A stretch of DNA of 64,000 bases from Phoronis australis (GCA_002633005.1 NMRA01000299.1:248001-312000); one strand, 5' to 3'; shown: positions 37,950 to 51,671, numbered from the stretch's first letter. Translations and numbers: made by a program. Notes: generated by a model from the letters alone, not told the origin.

Positions 37950-38840
37950 TGAAAAAGTAGAACAGGTATACAAGTTAAATTGTCTCAAAATGGAAGTTAC
38001 TAGTACCTCGTCATCATCAACAGTTTCAAACTTAAAGATAGAGTCAAGATAATTTTCAAAACCTTAATAGCATATCAATATTTCTGAAGGCAAATTCTTT
38101 CCAATGTACTTAAAATAGTTGTTGAGCTGTTCAGCTATTTTCTTTTGATCAGTAATGTGTCCAGAGGCAGTAAAGGTGATAAACTGAGGAAGAACAGTTC
38201 TGGAGGATGAATTAGAAATTATCTTTTTGGCGACTTGGCGTATAACATTTTTGTACTACCCGTGCTGTTCTTCATGGTACTTACGTTTTTATTACGGATT
38301 TAAATATTATGCCATTATAATTTCACAGTTTTAATGAGAAAAGGCTAGAAAAAAAAAGAATCAGATGTGGTTTTAATGGACTTTGCCTCCCACTTTCATA
38401 GATTTTAATTAACATGCTCAATGTAATCCAGTCTTTGAGTTTATGTTTATGCTTGTGCTTGTTGAACAGTTTGGTTTTGGAGAGAAAATCTTTCTTTACC
38501 AAATCCAAAAGAATTGTTTAAAAATAATTGTAGCTAGGATTTTGAGATGAATCGTTATCTAAGACTGACTCGAAGTCAATTCAAGTCAATGAAAGTTTTA
38601 AAAGTGGCATGAGATTTTTTGACTGACTTTATATAACTAAGCTTAGGTTTATGAAGTTCACTTTAATTTTTTATTAGCACCGAGAGACAAAAATATGGGG
38701 AAGTGGTCTGAATTTTGCATAACAATGTACCAGCCTCTTACATGATTGTGGTTGGAGAGAATCTTCTATTGATATGATCAATAAGATTACATCTTCCGTG
38801 GGTGGCAGATGAGCAGACAGGTGTGACGGCATGACATGCA
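37950..38840 (-). mobile_element. CR1/L2-type LINE ORF2 remnant (endonuclease-RT linker)
   Basis: WITLSMLIKI and GHITDQKKIAEQLNNYFKYIGKNL; many stops. Confidence 0.7.
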
Positions 38841-38875
38841 TGAATTTATCATATTTGATTTAGGCCAGAACAGAA

Positions 38876-40325
38876 GCACGAACTTTAAAATTAGCACGTA
38901 AGTAAATAACAACATATCTATCCAACGATTCGGTTTATTACTCTAAACCATTTTCAAGGAAACAGTTCACAGATTCAAAACAGGCGACACAGGTAGAGAA
39001 GAGGCTGTACAGGTACATGTGAGGGGGAGAGACTAGAAATCAAAACATTTGGAGCTCAAATGAACTACGTAATGTTTGTATTGAGGTAACGCTCAGCACG
39101 ATTCAACCGTATATGCATAGCCTCCTTTATGAGGAGCCTGAGGGTGGCATTATCATTGTCTAGCATCTGAACACCAGAGCAATCCATAGTGTGACCAGTT
39201 GTCGAGGAATGATTTGAGAAACAGCACTGTGTGTGTCTTTACAGTGTTTTACGATTCTGATGCTAAGAATCCTGTTTGTCATTCCAATGTGAAACTGTTC
39301 ACGCTCACTACATTTGAGTTGGTACACAACCCGACTTCTTTGAGAATTACTCAACAGTGTTTTTAGCCTCGACAATGACAAAAGTCTGTTTTCAGGTTTG
39401 AAGATTGTTACGAGATGCAAACATGGAGTAATAGCTCCAAGAATTCTCTTAACCGCAGTGCCTCTCGACTACACAACTACTGTTACCTAAATAGGGGAGA
39501 TTGAGAAATACTTTCTTCAATTCAGGCCCATGACAAACATCCGCATGTGTCCTTAGAATTGGTTACGTAAAAACCAGTCAGTGCAAGATTTTATAAATGT
39601 TTTAGGGTATCCATTTTGAATCAAGACGTTATTTAAAAATTCAAGTGCCCAGTCAAACAAGTCAGAATGCTACATGCACTGAAGACCCAATTAATCAGAC
39701 CAATGACCAGACCAGTTTTCTGCATTTTAGGAACAAAACTATCCCACTTGAGGTACAGACCTGAAAAAGTAGGTTTTCTATACACTGATTTAGACAATAA
39801 GTCATTCTGACAGTGAACTAATACATCAAGAAAACTAATGCAGTTGTTTGCTTTTGACTCTGTGGTAAATTTAATACTATTAGTACATAATGTGTTCATC
39901 CAGTCAAGAAATGGCTTAGCTTGACTGTGATGGCTAAAAGTCACGAAAATGTCAACATAATGTTTGTAATACAATGGTAGATCAGTAGGACAGTTATTAA
40001 AGGCCATGATCTCTTCTAAATTGATAATCCAGATACTAGCTAATACAGGACCTAGTGGACTCCCCATAGCAACACCGTCACATTGATCAAAGTATTCCTC
40101 ATTGAATATAAAGTGATTTTCTTTAACAGCAATGTTGAGCAATGTCTGTAGTTGCGGTCTAGTTAAACACACAGTTAATGACATGTTCCTGTACAGCCTC
40201 TTCTCTACCTGTGTCGCCTGTTTTGAGTCTGTGAACTGTTTCCTTGAGAATGGTTTAGAGTAATAAACCGAAACATTGGATAGATATGTCGTTATATACT
40301 TACACGCTAATTTTAAAATTCGTGC
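38876..40325 (-). mobile_element. Truncated Penelope-like element (RT + GIY-YIG) with inverted terminal repeats
   Basis: QCDGVAMGSPLGP..YVDIF..FLDV..VYRKPT (39633-40184); VVYQLKC..HIGMTNR (39160-39420). 38876-39020 is inverted relative to 40181-40325. Confidence 0.9.
40241..40280 (+). ncRNA. Minimal hammerhead-like motif in PLE terminal repeat
   Basis: TCC-TTGAGAA-TGGTTTA GAGTAA TAAACC-GAAAC-ATT-GGA. Confidence 0.55.
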
Positions 40326-40828
40326 ATGAATTTACTTTGCGTGTATGTGAATTGTTGGGTGTCTGCGTTTATGCATACCTGTGTTCGTGCGCATACATGT
40401 GTGTGTGTGTGGACCTTAATAAATGCTTTATTTAAATTGTTGAGTCACAGTACACAAGTACGGCCCAAAACAGAGGTTGATATTTTACGGATCGAGAGAG
40501 TGCAATGATCTCCCAAAGTTAAAATGATCTGATATGCCCGAGGAATTGGTATATACTTGTTTCATTATGTGATTCTGATGATTCTTTCATCTGATTTTTT
40601 CATCTTTTATATGAATACCACATTCTAAATTGCACTGACATTCTACTGGCTTTTTTATCAGAGATTTATGGTTTCAGCCATCTGATTGATATGATCACAA
40701 ACAGTTGCATCAGAGGTCAGGGTGGCATAACTAGAGTTATCATATCATATTTTATGCAGTCAGATGACAAAAATATCAGTGGTCGTGCAATGATAGAATA
40801 TGCAGACAGACAACTTTCATATGCTTAC

Positions 40829-40891
40829 CCCCTTTGGATAAGCCTTGGCTTAGCTTCTGACAATGCCTCGACATTTTCCACGGCGAAACTA
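40829..40891 (-). CDS. 63-nt phase-2 exon (SFAVENVEALSEAKPRLIQRG)
   Basis: CTTTTTTCAAACAG acceptor, GG|GTAAGC donor; similar to the NVxIESAQ exons. Confidence 0.65.
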
Positions 40892-41088
40892 CTGTTTGAA
40901 AAAAGCAAAAACAATAATTATACCAGCCCAGAGATGGGAAATGTTATTTTCCAACTAATCAATAAAAGAGGGGCAAGTTCTTGGCATCTAGTGCCCATTG
41001 TGCAAGGTTTACAATAAAACAAAACCAGAATAAAAATTTATGGCCCTAAAAGTAGACTATAAATCAACCAAAGAACATATAATATTAA

Positions 41089-42521
41089 AGAAGAATGCCA
41101 CCCTATTTAATTAGTCTTTTTTAATTGGTATATATCCATATCGCCTCGCATACAGTCGACATTACCTTGCTCAGAGAGGTGTCGCGTTAACTCGTGAGGA
41201 AGGTGAGAAATGACACAGTGACGTCAGTGGTTCATTTGCAGAGTGAATGCCGCTATGTTGCAGTGCATCATTACCGCTTGTCCGAACTATGCAGCTGCAA
41301 GGAAAGCGGGCATATCATATTTTCGACTTCCTCGAGAGTCCAAAATGCTTGAAGTGGCTCGCGGTAGTAAAGAATGAAAAGTACAATGTAAATAGCCACT
41401 ATGAGGCCGTGAAACATCTCCGTGTCTGTGGCCTGCAGTTGTCGACAGTGAGTCTGACGGAATGACAGCTTACCAAATAACTATCCATACGTTCCGTTGC
41501 CTGAGCTTGTTCATGGCGCCTCTCTAGTATTTCTTCATCACTGTATTCCGGTTCGAACTGATAGCCTGTGAAAGTTAACAATCCACCTGCGAAGTCTTCG
41601 TCAGATGAGCTCCTGTCTAAGACAGGATTGCGAGTTGCCATGTTGATATTTATTACTGAGCGTTTCGTTTGAAAATGAATTATTCTTACCCTAACCAATA
41701 CTTGTATAAAACTGAAACCAAGTCTGTCTCATTAGATGTCTTTGGAGTGTTCGTGAGTGCAAATGATTTGAGGAGCCAGCAATGAATAAATCACTGCGTT
41801 ACCGGCTTTAGGTCCAATAAAACTAATTGATCGGACACCGAGGCCGTGTGAGCGCATGCTAATTCAGTGACTGGAAGTTTAGTTCCAAACTTTGGCTGGC
41901 TTATGTTCGTGATGTCTTCAGTCCAGCCGCGATGGGCCTGATCGGGTTCCGAGCTACTCTTTGGGCAGGATAACGAGTCAGTCCTGCTGCGACGGACCTG
42001 ATCGGGTGCCGAGCCACTGGCCAGGATAACAAGCGTTTTGTGTGTTTAGAACTCAAAAAATCACAAGTCTAAACAACACAGATCCAGGTTCTCCTGTCTG
42101 TATTTCACGGAAGAATACTTTGAATTTATCTCCAAACAGACCCCAAACTCCTGCTACAGACCTTGGTAAATTGGCCTGCCAAACTTTGTAGGCTACGGTG
42201 TGTCCAAATACCAATAAATCCATAACAGCAAAATAAAACAACATGTTTTTATAAGAGCTCGGTGTATTTTTAAGGGTTTTACATCGAAGTTTGATGATTT
42301 ATTGGTGTTAAATGATGAATTCAAGTGATAAGCTGACACCAGTAACCTGTGTTGTGAACTCCAGAACACACTGCGTATGAAACCAATGACGTCATTGCAT
42401 AATTTCAACACCTCCATCTGCCGTCAGGTGTCAGGTAACGCAACCAAATGTGCCATTATCAAGTAGAACTACTCGATCTAAATTGATACAAAATAGGTTG
42501 TTTTTTGGGTGGCATGCTCCT
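41089..42521 (-). mobile_element. Kolobok DNA transposon derivative (THAP and KolX remnants)
   Basis: TTAA|AGAAGAATGCCACCC ... GGGTGGCATGCTCCT|TTAA. THAP-like MPLCC..W..LRVC on +; KolX-like GYQFEPEYSDEE on -. Confidence 0.8.
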
Positions 42522-42914
42522 TTAAATAAACAAAAAAATAAGTATGGTGGAACCTACGGCTGCAAGACAAGGCTGTTTTGCAACTTATCAAAATGACTGA
42601 AGAAATAAAACCAAAAATAAACATGAAAAAGTACAACAAGGTCATGAATTAGCAAAAGTCATCCAAAGCTATATGCGATTGCGTGCTGTCTCCATTTTTC
42701 TTCCAAACTTCGTGGGCATCAATTCAGAGACATAGTGGATGCAGATACAAAATATTACCATCAGGGGTACAGCAGTTGTGAGAATCAACTAAAATAAAAA
42801 GTCATCTATCCTATTCAAATCTAATGACAATCCTTCTAGTTCAGGATCAGCTTTAGCCAGAGACAAATAATATTTTTGCACAAACAATAAGTGTATACAA
42901 GTTACATCACTCAC

Positions 42915-42935
42915 CCCAGCCCTTGGTAGTTTGAC
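42915..42935 (-). CDS. 21-nt phase-2 microexon (SNYQGLG)
   Basis: TTTTTTCAG acceptor, GTGAGT donor; flank paralogous to the 33781 exon. Confidence 0.7.
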
Positions 42936-43758
42936 CTGAAAAAATCGTTGCAAAAATAGTAAACAGTAATGAAACTGACTGCACCACATTCACACAATTT
43001 CATACATGTAATTATTCAACATCATAGGTAAGGGTACATTAAAGAAGCAGCAACGTGTTTTGGCTTAAAGTTGCAAGGACAACTTCTAATCAGTTGCTTG
43101 ACAACCATATGGCTCAATCAATTCAATGCTGGTATAAAAATACTAAAAACATGTAACAAAATGAAACCAGTTCCAGTTAATTTTGTGACAAGTACACAAC
43201 CTTGTAGAAGTGAAGAACAGTTGATTGAAGACTTAGGGAAAAAATAAACTGGTTAAAGTCAGGCGACGCAGTATTTCATGGCGCCGATAGCCGATGCAAA
43301 AGATCGCATCATAATTTTAGCAGCAGAATAACGGTAGAATGCCAAATTTTTCCAACACCAGTAACTAAGTTAGTTTACACAATGAAAAGTGTACTTTTCA
43401 ATGACATTAATTTTGTGTCAGATGATATTTGTCTAGTTTTTTACTCTTATCGTCACAAACCGGTATATTTAGTATAGAGCGTAGCACCAAGGCTACAGAT
43501 AAACATGCTTTGTGTGTTTGCAAAAAACTCCTGATTAGAACATTTTCATTTTACTCCAACAAGAACAAATTAAACAATTTCCACAAAAAGCATGGTCAAA
43601 GGAATAAAATGACAAAACTGTTAATAGATTACTGCCTGTATCTTTGCTGCCTCTACTCCCACAGACTTACACAAACTGATAACAAACACAATTTCAGTAA
43701 ATACTTGTACCATCATTTTGACTCACAACGAAACATGCAGACTGCCAATTACACTTAC

Positions 43759-43806
43759 CTCTTGCTTGCCTGCAACAATGGCTGGGCACTTTCAATGGCG
43801 ACATTC
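43759..43806 (-). CDS. 48-nt phase-2 microexon (NVAIESAQPLLQASKR)
   Basis: TTTTTTCAAG acceptor, GAG|GTAAGT donor; duplicate of 52506-52553. Confidence 0.75.
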
Positions 43807-44119
43807 CTTGAAAAAATTAAGGATTATATTATTACACCAACAAGAAAATAGTAATGGTATTTCAATCAAGTACTTACTTGTAAGTTGAAGTTTGACTGTA
43901 ATTCTAATGATCTGCTAACGAATGGAAAGATTACGTGAGATGTACACACAGATCAATGAGTCACAATTGAAACTGAGTGAATGCTTGCAAGACATTACAG
44001 GCCAACAGAATATTACCCAGTAAACAGACATAAACCACAGGGTGGGTGATAGTGGAAGGCACGTATCTAATCTCTCCAATCATTAACAGTTTGTTAGAAT
44101 TACAATCAAACTCCAACTT

Positions 44120-44765
44120 GCAGGTAAGTCTTGTTTAATTTATCAATTCTAACTCACTGCTAACTTCACTTCAAGATTACATGAGAATTCAAAGTTGTAA
44201 AAAGAGGGCAAAGCGTAAAATAATGCAAGTAGTTTATTAACACCGTCTGTGATATATAAAAACTATATACAGACAACTATGCACAGACAGATGATACGTA
44301 ATGTATTTGTAAGCAGTTAACCCTAGTAATAGGCTTGTTACTTTCTGAAAACACAATCAATACCCCCAAGTACCAGTTTGTAGAATCGTACATCTAAACT
44401 ACCAGCTTTACTGGCCGCTGCTGCATGTGTTCTGTGCAGTGTAAAAATGGACACATCATTGCTAGCCGTAATAAGAACTGTCTTATTCCACCTAGCGATA
44501 ATGTCTTTAGAGACAGGCTGATGAGTCTTGGTATATGAAATAAACAACTGATTACAGTTCTTTTGTAACCCAGCAGTATACTTAATGTGCTCTTTGTAAT
44601 AATGTGCATATGCACAAACATTAATTTCCTTTTGCTGGAAATCGACTCTAGAATGTTTAAGATCATCAAAATGAAGTTTTAAACAACAAGATTTTACATT
44701 AACATTCCTAACATCTAACAGAAGCAATGATTGACCACACTAACCAGTTAGGAGCCCCAGAATTA
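44120..44765 (-). mobile_element. DIRS-like tyrosine-recombinase end fragment (part of a local duplication)
   Basis: QLFISYTKTHQPVSKDIIARW..IFTLHRTHAAAASKA resembles the DIRS YR C-terminus; paralogous to 52830-53445. Confidence 0.75.
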
Positions 44766-44819
44766 TTGTTAAATGGGATATATCACTTGAAGTTACTAGC
44801 TTTACCAGAACCATAAGCC

Positions 44820-46460
44820 AACAAGAGCAAGGCAGAGCGTTGAAATGCCCCCACGAATGTATTGTAAATGGTGTGCTTTTAGGGTTATTTATTTGTATCA
44901 TAAAAATGGCCACTAGATGGCGCAAAAACATACAATCCATCCAAAAACAGGAACATGCCATATTTCATAAAAATCTGTCAAGGAACTTCAGAGAAACAAA
45001 GGACAACAGAATAAAATGAAATTGGCACTAGTGGACACAGTGTCCGCTGGATCCGCCTGAAAGTCGTCATCTGTTGTGATCTTCTTATAAATACACTTAC
45101 TAAATTTAATAAAGATCCTGCAGTGGGTTTAGGAATTACTATGGGCGCAAAACAAAACTATCACTAGGAGGCGCCACAGTAGTCAGTCACCACTGAGAAC
45201 ATATATGCCAATTTTCAAATGATTTGGTTGATACAGGGGTCGACGGCAAAACAAGATTTGAAAACAGCAAAAATGGCCACTAGGTGGTGCAAAATACCTC
45301 GATTCCATCCAAAAACAGGAAGATAGCATCATTACACCAATAGATACCTATATTTAAAATTTTATGAAAATCTGTTGAGGACCTTTGAAGATACAGCGTT
45401 AAACGTAAAAAATAAAATTGCCACTAGGGGGCACAGCAGAAGTCAGATCTGTTCGAAAGCCGTCGTCGTCCGTACTCAACATCATATAAATACACTTGCA
45501 AAATTAAGTAAAGATCCTGCAAAAAGTTTAGGAGACACAGCCATGAGCGCAAAAAAAAACTGCCACAAGGAGGTGCCCCAGTAGTCGAAGTCGTCAGAAA
45601 ATCATCGTCAGTCGTCCATTTCATAGTAAAAACATAGATGCCAATTTTCACAATTACCCTAAAAATGGTTTGGTTGATAGATTAGTGGACGCCAAAAATC
45701 TCGAAAACAATAAAAATTGCCACTAGGTGGCGCAAACTAGGTCGAATTCATCTGAAAACGGAGAGATAGCGACACCTCATTAATAGATGCCTATATGCCA
45801 AATTTTATGAAAATACGATGAGGACCTTTGAAGATAGAGGTAAACGTAAAAAAAATAAAATTGCCACTAGTTGGCCCACCAGTAGTCACACCTGTCCGAA
45901 AGTCGTCGTCGTCTGTTGTTAACATCATATAAATATACTTACTAAATTTCGTAAAGATATTGCAAACGGTTTAGGAGATCCAGCCATAGGCGCAAAAAAA
46001 CAAAACTGCCTCTAGGAGGCGCCACAGTACTCGAAATTGTCGGAAAATCTTCGTCAACCGTCCTCTTCATAGTAAGAACATACATATCAATTTTCACAAT
46101 CATCCTTTGAGCGAAAACAGTAAAAACAGCCACTAGGTGGCACAAACTACCTCAAATCCATCCGAAAACGGGAGGATAGTGTCATCTCACTAATAGGTGC
46201 CTACATACCAAATTTCATGACAATCCGTCAGGAACTTTTGAAGATACAAAGGTAAGGGTAAAAACTAAAATTGCCACTAGGGGGCACACCGGTAGTCAAA
46301 TCCGTCTGAAAGTTCGCTCATGCCGTCCCATTCATGAATGGAACATATGTGCCAAATTTCAAAGGGTTTTGGATATAGAGCAGCGGACGCTGGACGCCGG
46401 GCATATGGACACCGGCATAATGCGTCTAAATATAAATATATATGTGGGCGCATAATAAAA
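44820..46460 (+). mobile_element. Helentron/HINE-like element
   Basis: AACAAGAGCAAGGCAGAGCG start, about 10 tandem subunits, GTGGGCGCATAATAAAA end. Confidence 0.75.
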
Positions 46461-46723
46461 TGCATTGTGCTTTGTCATGTTAATACCCGTCACCAATTCT
46501 CACCACCGTGTACCAGACATTTGCTGACATTAACGCGTGCCCAATATCTTCACCATTTAATATGCTTAAAACATTATTTAACGCCTGGGATTAAGCTCAG
46601 CAGCAAAAGCATCTGACTGCTGTTGCAGAACTAGTAGGCTCAAGTCGGTGCTACTGCTAATTTTTACAAAATTCTATTTTCACTGAGACTGTCTATTTTT
46701 TAACTTGCTACATGATTACTCAC

Positions 46724-46756
46724 TTTGCTGTATTCTCTTGAAGCTGTAGTTCATTG
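46724..46756 (-). CDS. 33-nt phase-2 microexon (NELQLQENTAK)
   Basis: GTTTGTTTTCAG acceptor, GTGAGT donor. Confidence 0.7.
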
Positions 46757-49185
46757 CTGAAAACAAACATTAAAGCAAGAAATGAGTAACGTTTTCCATG
46801 AATTTGTATAGTCAGTAAGTTCTGTTTTTAAGTACAATTAACTTGTATACAACCAGGCATTCTCTTCATCATGACACTTGGTATGAACATACTGGACCAA
46901 AAAAAGTCGGTATTCTACAACAATGCATTCTGCGATAACAAATAATATAGACATAAATCAATGAAATTGTCCCTCATTCATAAATTGGAAAAATATAAAA
47001 ATGGTACACATTTTGGCTTCACTCGATTGACTTCACTGGTTCTGCCAGGTCAACTGCTACGTCATCTGATTGGTTCTGGGTAACACGCAGTTAGAAAATG
47101 TTTTGCCTACATTGGTCACCTTTAGCCACAGACAACTTTTATAATGCCTATTCAGCACTCCCTTTTGTATTCAAGCTGATGAAGCAGAAAGGTAATCCCT
47201 AGCACTACTTTCTCAACAGTTGCGGTTGTTATGACAACAAAATTGCAGTCATAGCGTGAAATGTCGAAAGTATTGGGTTTGATGACCTGGGTTCAACTTG
47301 ACAAAGGGCCATTTCCTAAACGATTGTTGCTTTTAAATATGTTTCAAATTCGTCATTTTATTTTCAATACTCCAGTCTACTTGTTTTGTTCACTGCCAGG
47401 TTGCTATCTTTCAGTGAATTTATTTTTAAGATTGAAGTGCCAAATCAGTGGCAGATTTTGATCATCAGTGAAACTTAGAATAGAAGTCAGCTCTGGTTCA
47501 ACCACCCACCTCATCTTGGACTTTCTTAATGACGTTCAAGCTAGTCATAGTTAATCTTCACAACACATGTTTCAACACCAGTAGTTTGACATGACTGGGA
47601 GATGGGCGCTGTCAAAAAGCTATTGACATCTAATTCTGTCAGTCACCTTGTGTTGTTTTCATGTGGTAAAATGTACTTTTTGTTGCGTACTAAAAGTATA
47701 AACCATGTGGTATTGTTAACCATGTTCAACTTTTGTAAATCCTTCGAGTATATCAATAAGCACGGTTGTTTACTTCTCCACTCCATAACCAATGTTTGTA
47801 ATTTTTAGCTCATTAGTTCATCAATTTTGAAAAATAGAAAACTATACTCTGTTGTTTTCAGTTGAATACTGCAGTAACATTTTTTAACGAAAGTTATTGA
47901 TACATACATTTTGAAAATTCGCCAGTATGTACAGGCAGAGATATTTACTGCAGTTTATGACCAGATAATTACAATTGTTGTTCGCACTGGACAATGCAGT
48001 CATCACAACTGCATCCGACTCCTGCGCAGCGCTCGCTTTGATCCTAGTGCAAGCCACTCCGAACAAGGCAGAAGAAGCATATCAGCTCTAGAAATGCGTC
48101 TTTTTTTGTAAGCGTATTATTCACGAAATGAACTTTTCACCTTTAAACCAATCAGATGTCTTAGTTAGCTGTTTGATCCCGCAGAACCAGCAAAGTCAAC
48201 CAAGAGCAGCCTTTGAACAAAATATAGTTTGCAGTTGCTTAATAATATGAAATGATCAAATGAATGACCGCAACTAAGCGACAAGACTATCTGTGAAGTT
48301 GAATAACTAGTAAAGATTCATTTCATACTAAATATTTGTGAAAATACAATTAAAAACAATGAACTATTCAATAATATTAGAGGTTTGTCGAAAACTTAGA
48401 AAAAATTTGCCCGAAAAATTGAAACATAAACTAAAAAGTTGTGTAGCAATGTGTCGTTTAGCTTCGATGAATTTCTTAATTTTCTCGATCTATTTTCTTT
48501 TCTTAGCTTCTGAAATGGAAACAGTTAATGTAATAAACATATTTCCCCCGTGTTGATCCCAGAACCAGAAAATAATGGTGGAAACTGTGTGCAGATTTTA
48601 GGCTAACAGCAACAGAAATGAGGAACGCTGTGAGCAGACAATTGTGTCAGTAAAAAAACACATAGTCGATATTAGGTCGCAGTTTCCTGTAAATATCTTA
48701 GTTCTCAGTGTAGATATACTGAATGCATTCTTAACAAAACATTTTCATTTGATTTGGATAAGATTTTTGCCTGATTTTGTTGGGACCGTTTTTAAGACAG
48801 CTGAACTATTTATGATGACCCAGATTAAAACTATCAAGGCCTAAAAATAGATACTTGATCACCATGTGCAGGAATTTTCTATAGGTAAATCTTTGGTGAA
48901 AGTTTATAGTTTTAAGGGCTGCAGTAAAACTGCTTCTTGAGGAATGACACTTTGTATCAATGTTTTAGGTAGCCCAAAGGGATGAGCCTATTTAGTAACT
49001 AAATTTTCTGTCGTACACATGAATTTACTCCACCAGGAGACTATACACAAGCATGAAATATGGCCTCTACTGTTGTATACGGATTGGCTATACTTTCATG
49101 TATACAATGTATATTATTATAGCATATTCCATGGCATATTCAATGGCCATATTCACACATATATCAGATAATGCACGTTACTCAC

Positions 49186-49212
49186 TCGGAGAACTCGTCT
49201 TCAAATTCAAGA
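49186..49212 (-). CDS. 27-nt phase-2 microexon (LEFEDEFSD)
   Basis: CTTTGTTTTCAG acceptor, GTGAGT donor; paralog of 56789-56815. Confidence 0.75.
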
Positions 49213-49389
49213 CTGAAAACAAAGAAAAAAACAAGAAATTCGAAACATGCATGTTATGGCTTGAGAAATTAACAAAAATGAGATGTACAACAACTGCAAC
49301 ACTGCAACATTTTGCTAAATAATTACTTGTAGTCAATATAAACCAGAGTTTCAACAAAAAATAAGTACTTTATTTTAGGAACATAATGC

Positions 49390-50890
49390 ATATCAAAGCA
49401 AACGCTAAGGAAAAATTTGTCACTAGGTAGACTAGTCGGATTTGTCCCAAAATCAGTGGTACTCTTCTTAGGAGAAACACAAGCAACAGATTTCATGAAG
49501 ATCTATAAAATTAAGGAAACTGATCCACAGATAAAAACAAAATTGCCACTAGACAGTACCACAACAGTTGCCGGACATATCCGAAACTCAGACATGCACT
49601 TACAATAAGAACATTTTCATGATGAGTGGTTTGACTGATAAAGAGGAAGACGATAAACACCACTCAAAAATAATGAATGAAAGCAATGATGTATCATTAA
49701 CATGTGCCCTCATTGCATTGCAACCAGTATGTTTCTATGGGCCACTAGGAGGTCCTGCAGTCGTCGCATCAGCCGGGATATTAAAAGGAGTCAGCGTGTG
49801 GTGACCATATATCTCAAAATTAAGTTTCATTGAAATTCATCAATAAATTCTCTAGATATCATCCAGAGAAGTTCTTCCCCAAAACAACAATTGAAAAGCC
49901 TCTTGCTGAGAACAAAATGGTGCCGGTGCATTGTCATCACACACCTCTGCGTAAAGTTTTATTGAATTTCACCAACTGGTTCCCTAGATCTCTTCCAGAC
50001 ACAATCTTCCCCCAAACAACGCTCAACGCTGCAGTGGACGAATCTGTCCCAAACATGAAGAGTATGGCGCATTGAAATCACATCAGGCTGTCTGTTACAC
50101 ATTGTACCAGACATGCGCAGGCCTCTCAGGTGGGCTCATTGAGCAGGTCACCCGGAGCCATTTTTATGCTTTACTAAATTTAGTTAAAGCCGAGTTGAGG
50201 AGTTTGAAACCTGACTCAATGGTGTAACAGTGTGCCTCAGCGGGACACGAACCCAACAACCAAGAGCAAAGGAAGCAAGGCCACACCACGTCTACTTGGC
50301 ATCATATATGTCTGTGTCAAGTTTTGTTGTGTTACAGTGGTCAAATCCATCCAAAAATTTAATAGTGCCCGCGCATTACCAACACATAACTCTGCATCAG
50401 CTGTTATTGAAATCCTTTAATTGGCTCCCTACATTCATCCTGAAAAGCCTTCATACAAAATTGCCATTAGGGGGTGCTGCAGTGGTCCAATCTGCCCAAA
50501 AACTAAATGGTGCCGCCACATTTACATGATATACCTTTGTGTCAATCTGTCAATCCGTTTTCCAAATAACATCCCGAAACCCTCTTCCCCCCAAACTGTG
50601 CTTGAAAACCACCCTGTCCAGACTAAAATGGCCTCTAGGAAGTGCTACGCATACCTCTCTGTCTAAAACACTAAAAAATAATAAAAATAGCCACTAGGAA
50701 GTCACAACCAGCCCAAAGCCATCGCTATCCTTTGTCAAGTTCATATAAAGACACTTGTTAAATTTAACACAGATTTTGCAAGGGGTTCAAGAGAAGTAGA
50801 AGTGAATGCAAAACTGCCACTATGGGACGCCACAGTAGTCGGAGCTATCCAAAAATTCAAGACGGTGTTTGCCTCAATCAGAAAGATACA
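49390..50890 (+). mobile_element. Degenerate HINE-like repeats
   Basis: Diverged GCCACTAG-containing subunits. Confidence 0.5.
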
Positions 50891-51142
50891 CCATCGATCC
50901 TGAGTACTTGGCACATATACTTGAGACACTCAAAATTCCTGAGCAAAAACCAAGCTTTGTTTGTATTATACCCATAAGCATTAAGCTTGTACTGCTGAGC
51001 TAAGACTTGCCTATCAAATCAAGAAATATGATTTCACTATTTTCCTCTTTTGATGGACTAGTCTATTCACGCCGGTGGCACTAAACTGTCCATTTTATAG
51101 TCTCTGAAGTATCTAGGTTGCATGATATTAATGTGTACTTAC

Positions 51143-51166
51143 CGAACAGCTTTAGAAGGTGCCCTC
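51143..51166 (-). CDS. 24-nt phase-2 microexon (RAPSKAVR)
   Basis: TTTTTTTTTCCAG acceptor, CG|GTAAGT donor. Confidence 0.75.
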
Positions 51167-51647
51167 CTGGAAAAAAAAATTAAGTTCGTCAGTAGTGGCG
51201 AATGAATAATTTGAAAAACTAAATAAATGAACATTTGCTTGTGGTGTCTAATTCGAGCAAAATATTAATAAGAAATTAGGTTATTGCGGCACCGCCTTGA
51301 AAACAGTCGCCATGCGTGCTACAGTAGGCAGAACCATCCAAAAATCATTCAGATTGTGTTACTTGCAATAAAAACATGTAATCAATGTTCATATTAATGA
51401 TCCTTAGAATGGTTTGTCAACTAGCCAGGCAGATGTCAAAAACACTCAAAAAACAATAAAAGTGGCCACTAGGTGGCATACAACAATCATTAGCTATGCT
51501 CCTCTCAGTAGGAACATTAAAGCCAAATCAAGAAGTTTATGTTCACTGTTTTGCTTTTGACGGAGTAAGTCAGTGGCACTAGCTTGTCTAGTTTACAGTC
51601 TGTGAAGTACCAAGGCTAGCATAATATTATTTATTATAGTTACTTAC

Positions 51648-51671
51648 TTAGGTTCTTTGAAAGGTGCCTTT
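51648..51671 (-). CDS. 24-nt phase-2 microexon (KAPFKEPK)
   Basis: TTATTCTTCCAG acceptor, GTAAGT donor; tandem duplicate of the 51143 exon. Confidence 0.75.
   Translation of the reverse strand, partial: KGTFQRT

Noticed and set aside
43878-43911. Additional microexon (18 or 34 nt) just upstream of the 43759 exon
   Set aside because: Its splice signals are altered in the duplicate at about 52625, and the 34-nt form breaks frame.
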